DNA of 64,000 nucleotides from Escherichia coli (GTDB lineage Bacteria; Pseudomonadota; Gammaproteobacteria; Enterobacterales; Enterobacteriaceae): NCBI RefSeq assembly GCF_048403405.1, contig NZ_CP183129.1; one strand, 5' to 3'. Shown piece by piece: positions 63,043 to 64,000 of this stretch (position 1 is its first letter; each line of letters starts with the position of its first letter). The notes under the pieces were generated by a model. It saw only the letters and a program-made list of their open reading frames with translations, ran no database searches and was not told where the DNA came from. The position numbers and the translations under genes were made by a program.

Positions 63043-64000
63043 ATGATGAGCAAAATAAACCAAACGGATATCGATCGGTTGATTGAACTGGTCGGCGGGC
63101 GCGGCAATATTGCGACAGTGAGCCACTGTATAACTCGCCTGCGCTTTGTCCTCAACCAACCGGCCAATGCCAGACCGAAAGAAATTGAGCAACTCCCCAT
63201 GGTGAAAGGCTGTTTCACCAATGCCGGGCAATTTCAGGTGGTAATTGGCACCAACGTGGGTGATTACTATCAAGCACTGATAGCGTCAACCGGACAGGCG
63301 CAGGTTGATAAAGAGCAGGTAAAAAAAGCCGCACGGCAGAATATGAAATGGCATGAGCAGTTGATCTCTCATTTCGCGGAGATCTTCTTCCCGTTGCTGC
63401 CCGCGTTGATTAGTGGTGGTTTGATCCTCGGTTTTCGCAATGTGATCGGCGATTTGCCCATGAGCAACGGTCAGACGCTGGCGCAAATGTACCCTTCCCT
63501 GCAAACGATCTACGATTTTCTGTGGTTGATCGGTGAAGCGATCTTCTTCTACCTACCGGTCGGGATTTGCTGGTCAGCGGTGAAAAAAATGGGCGGTACA
63601 CCGATCCTCGGTATCGTGCTTGGCGTAACGCTGGTTTCTCCACAGCTGATGAACGCTTATCTGCTCGGGCAGCAGCTGCCGGAAGTATGGGACTTTGGCA
63701 TGTTCAGCATCGCCAAAGTGGGCTATCAGGCGCAGGTGATCCCGGCACTGTTAGCCGGGCTGGCGCTGGGCGTTATTGAAACTCGTCTTAAGCGCATCGT
63801 GCCGGATTACCTCTATCTGGTGGTGGTGCCCGTCTGTTCGCTGATCCTCGCGGTGTTCCTCGCCCATGCGCTGATTGGTCCGTTTGGTCGCATGATTGGC
63901 AATGGCGTTGCCTTTGCGGTACGTCACCTGATGACCGGCAGCTTTGCTCCGATTGGCGCGGCATTGTTTGGCTTCCTGTACGCCCCGCTGGTGATCACCG
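63043..64000 (+). CDS. treB: PTS trehalose-specific EIIBC component (5' part; runs off window)
   Basis: Open frame from ATG 63043 (MMSKINQTDIDRL…) with EIIB motif (VSHCITRLR) then membrane domain; no stop before the window end. Confidence 0.85.
   Translation, partial: MMSKINQTDIDRLIELVGGRGNIATVSHCITRLRFVLNQPANARPKEIEQLPMVKGCFTNAGQFQVVIGTNVGDYYQALIASTGQAQVDKEQVKKAARQNMKWHEQLISHFAEIFFPLLPALISGGLILGFRNVIGDLPMSNGQTLAQMYPSLQTIYDFLWLIGEAIFFYLPVGICWSAVKKMGGTPILGIVLGVTLVSPQLMNAYLLGQQLPEVWDFGMFSIAKVGYQAQVIPALLAGLALGVIETRLKRIVPDYLYLVVVPVCSLILAVFLAHALIGPFGRMIGNGVAFAVRHLMTGSFAPIGAALFGFLYAPLVIT

Overview
Enterobacterial (E. coli-like) chromosome segment in two parts. Right of ~33.0 kb is conserved core backbone in the gene order I recall for E. 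coli K-12, inverted: leuX, ahr, idnK-idnDOTR, yjgR, lptGF, pepA-holC-valS, yjgN, yjgM, rraB, argI, yjgL-like, tabA, bdcR-bdcA, yjgH, pyrLBI, ridA, mgtLA, treR, treB (partial). Left of the tRNA-Leu gene (1-33 kb) is a horizontally acquired, AT-rich genomic island. Its P4-type integrase next to leuX is disrupted. The island carries a complete type 1 BREX operon (brxA-brxB-brxC-pglX-pglZ-brxL, minus strand, 16.1-31.0 kb). A two-gene module (ABC-type ATPase plus a small TOPRIM-like protein) is embedded between pglX and pglZ with overlapping stop/start codons at both junctions; this is the most interesting feature. Further left are a degraded IS3-family element, a compact five-gene cassette of unknown function (12.0-14.5 kb) divergent from a WYL-domain regulator, and typical CP4-like island genes (frameshifted YeeP-type GTPase, AlpA, YagK/YfjJ-like, DUF932-like, RadC-like, CbtA/CbeA toxin-antitoxin, AbiEii/AbiEi-like pair, HNH protein). 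No CRISPR array or rRNA was seen. All family assignments come from reading motifs in the translated ORFs and from memory of known families; no database search was run.
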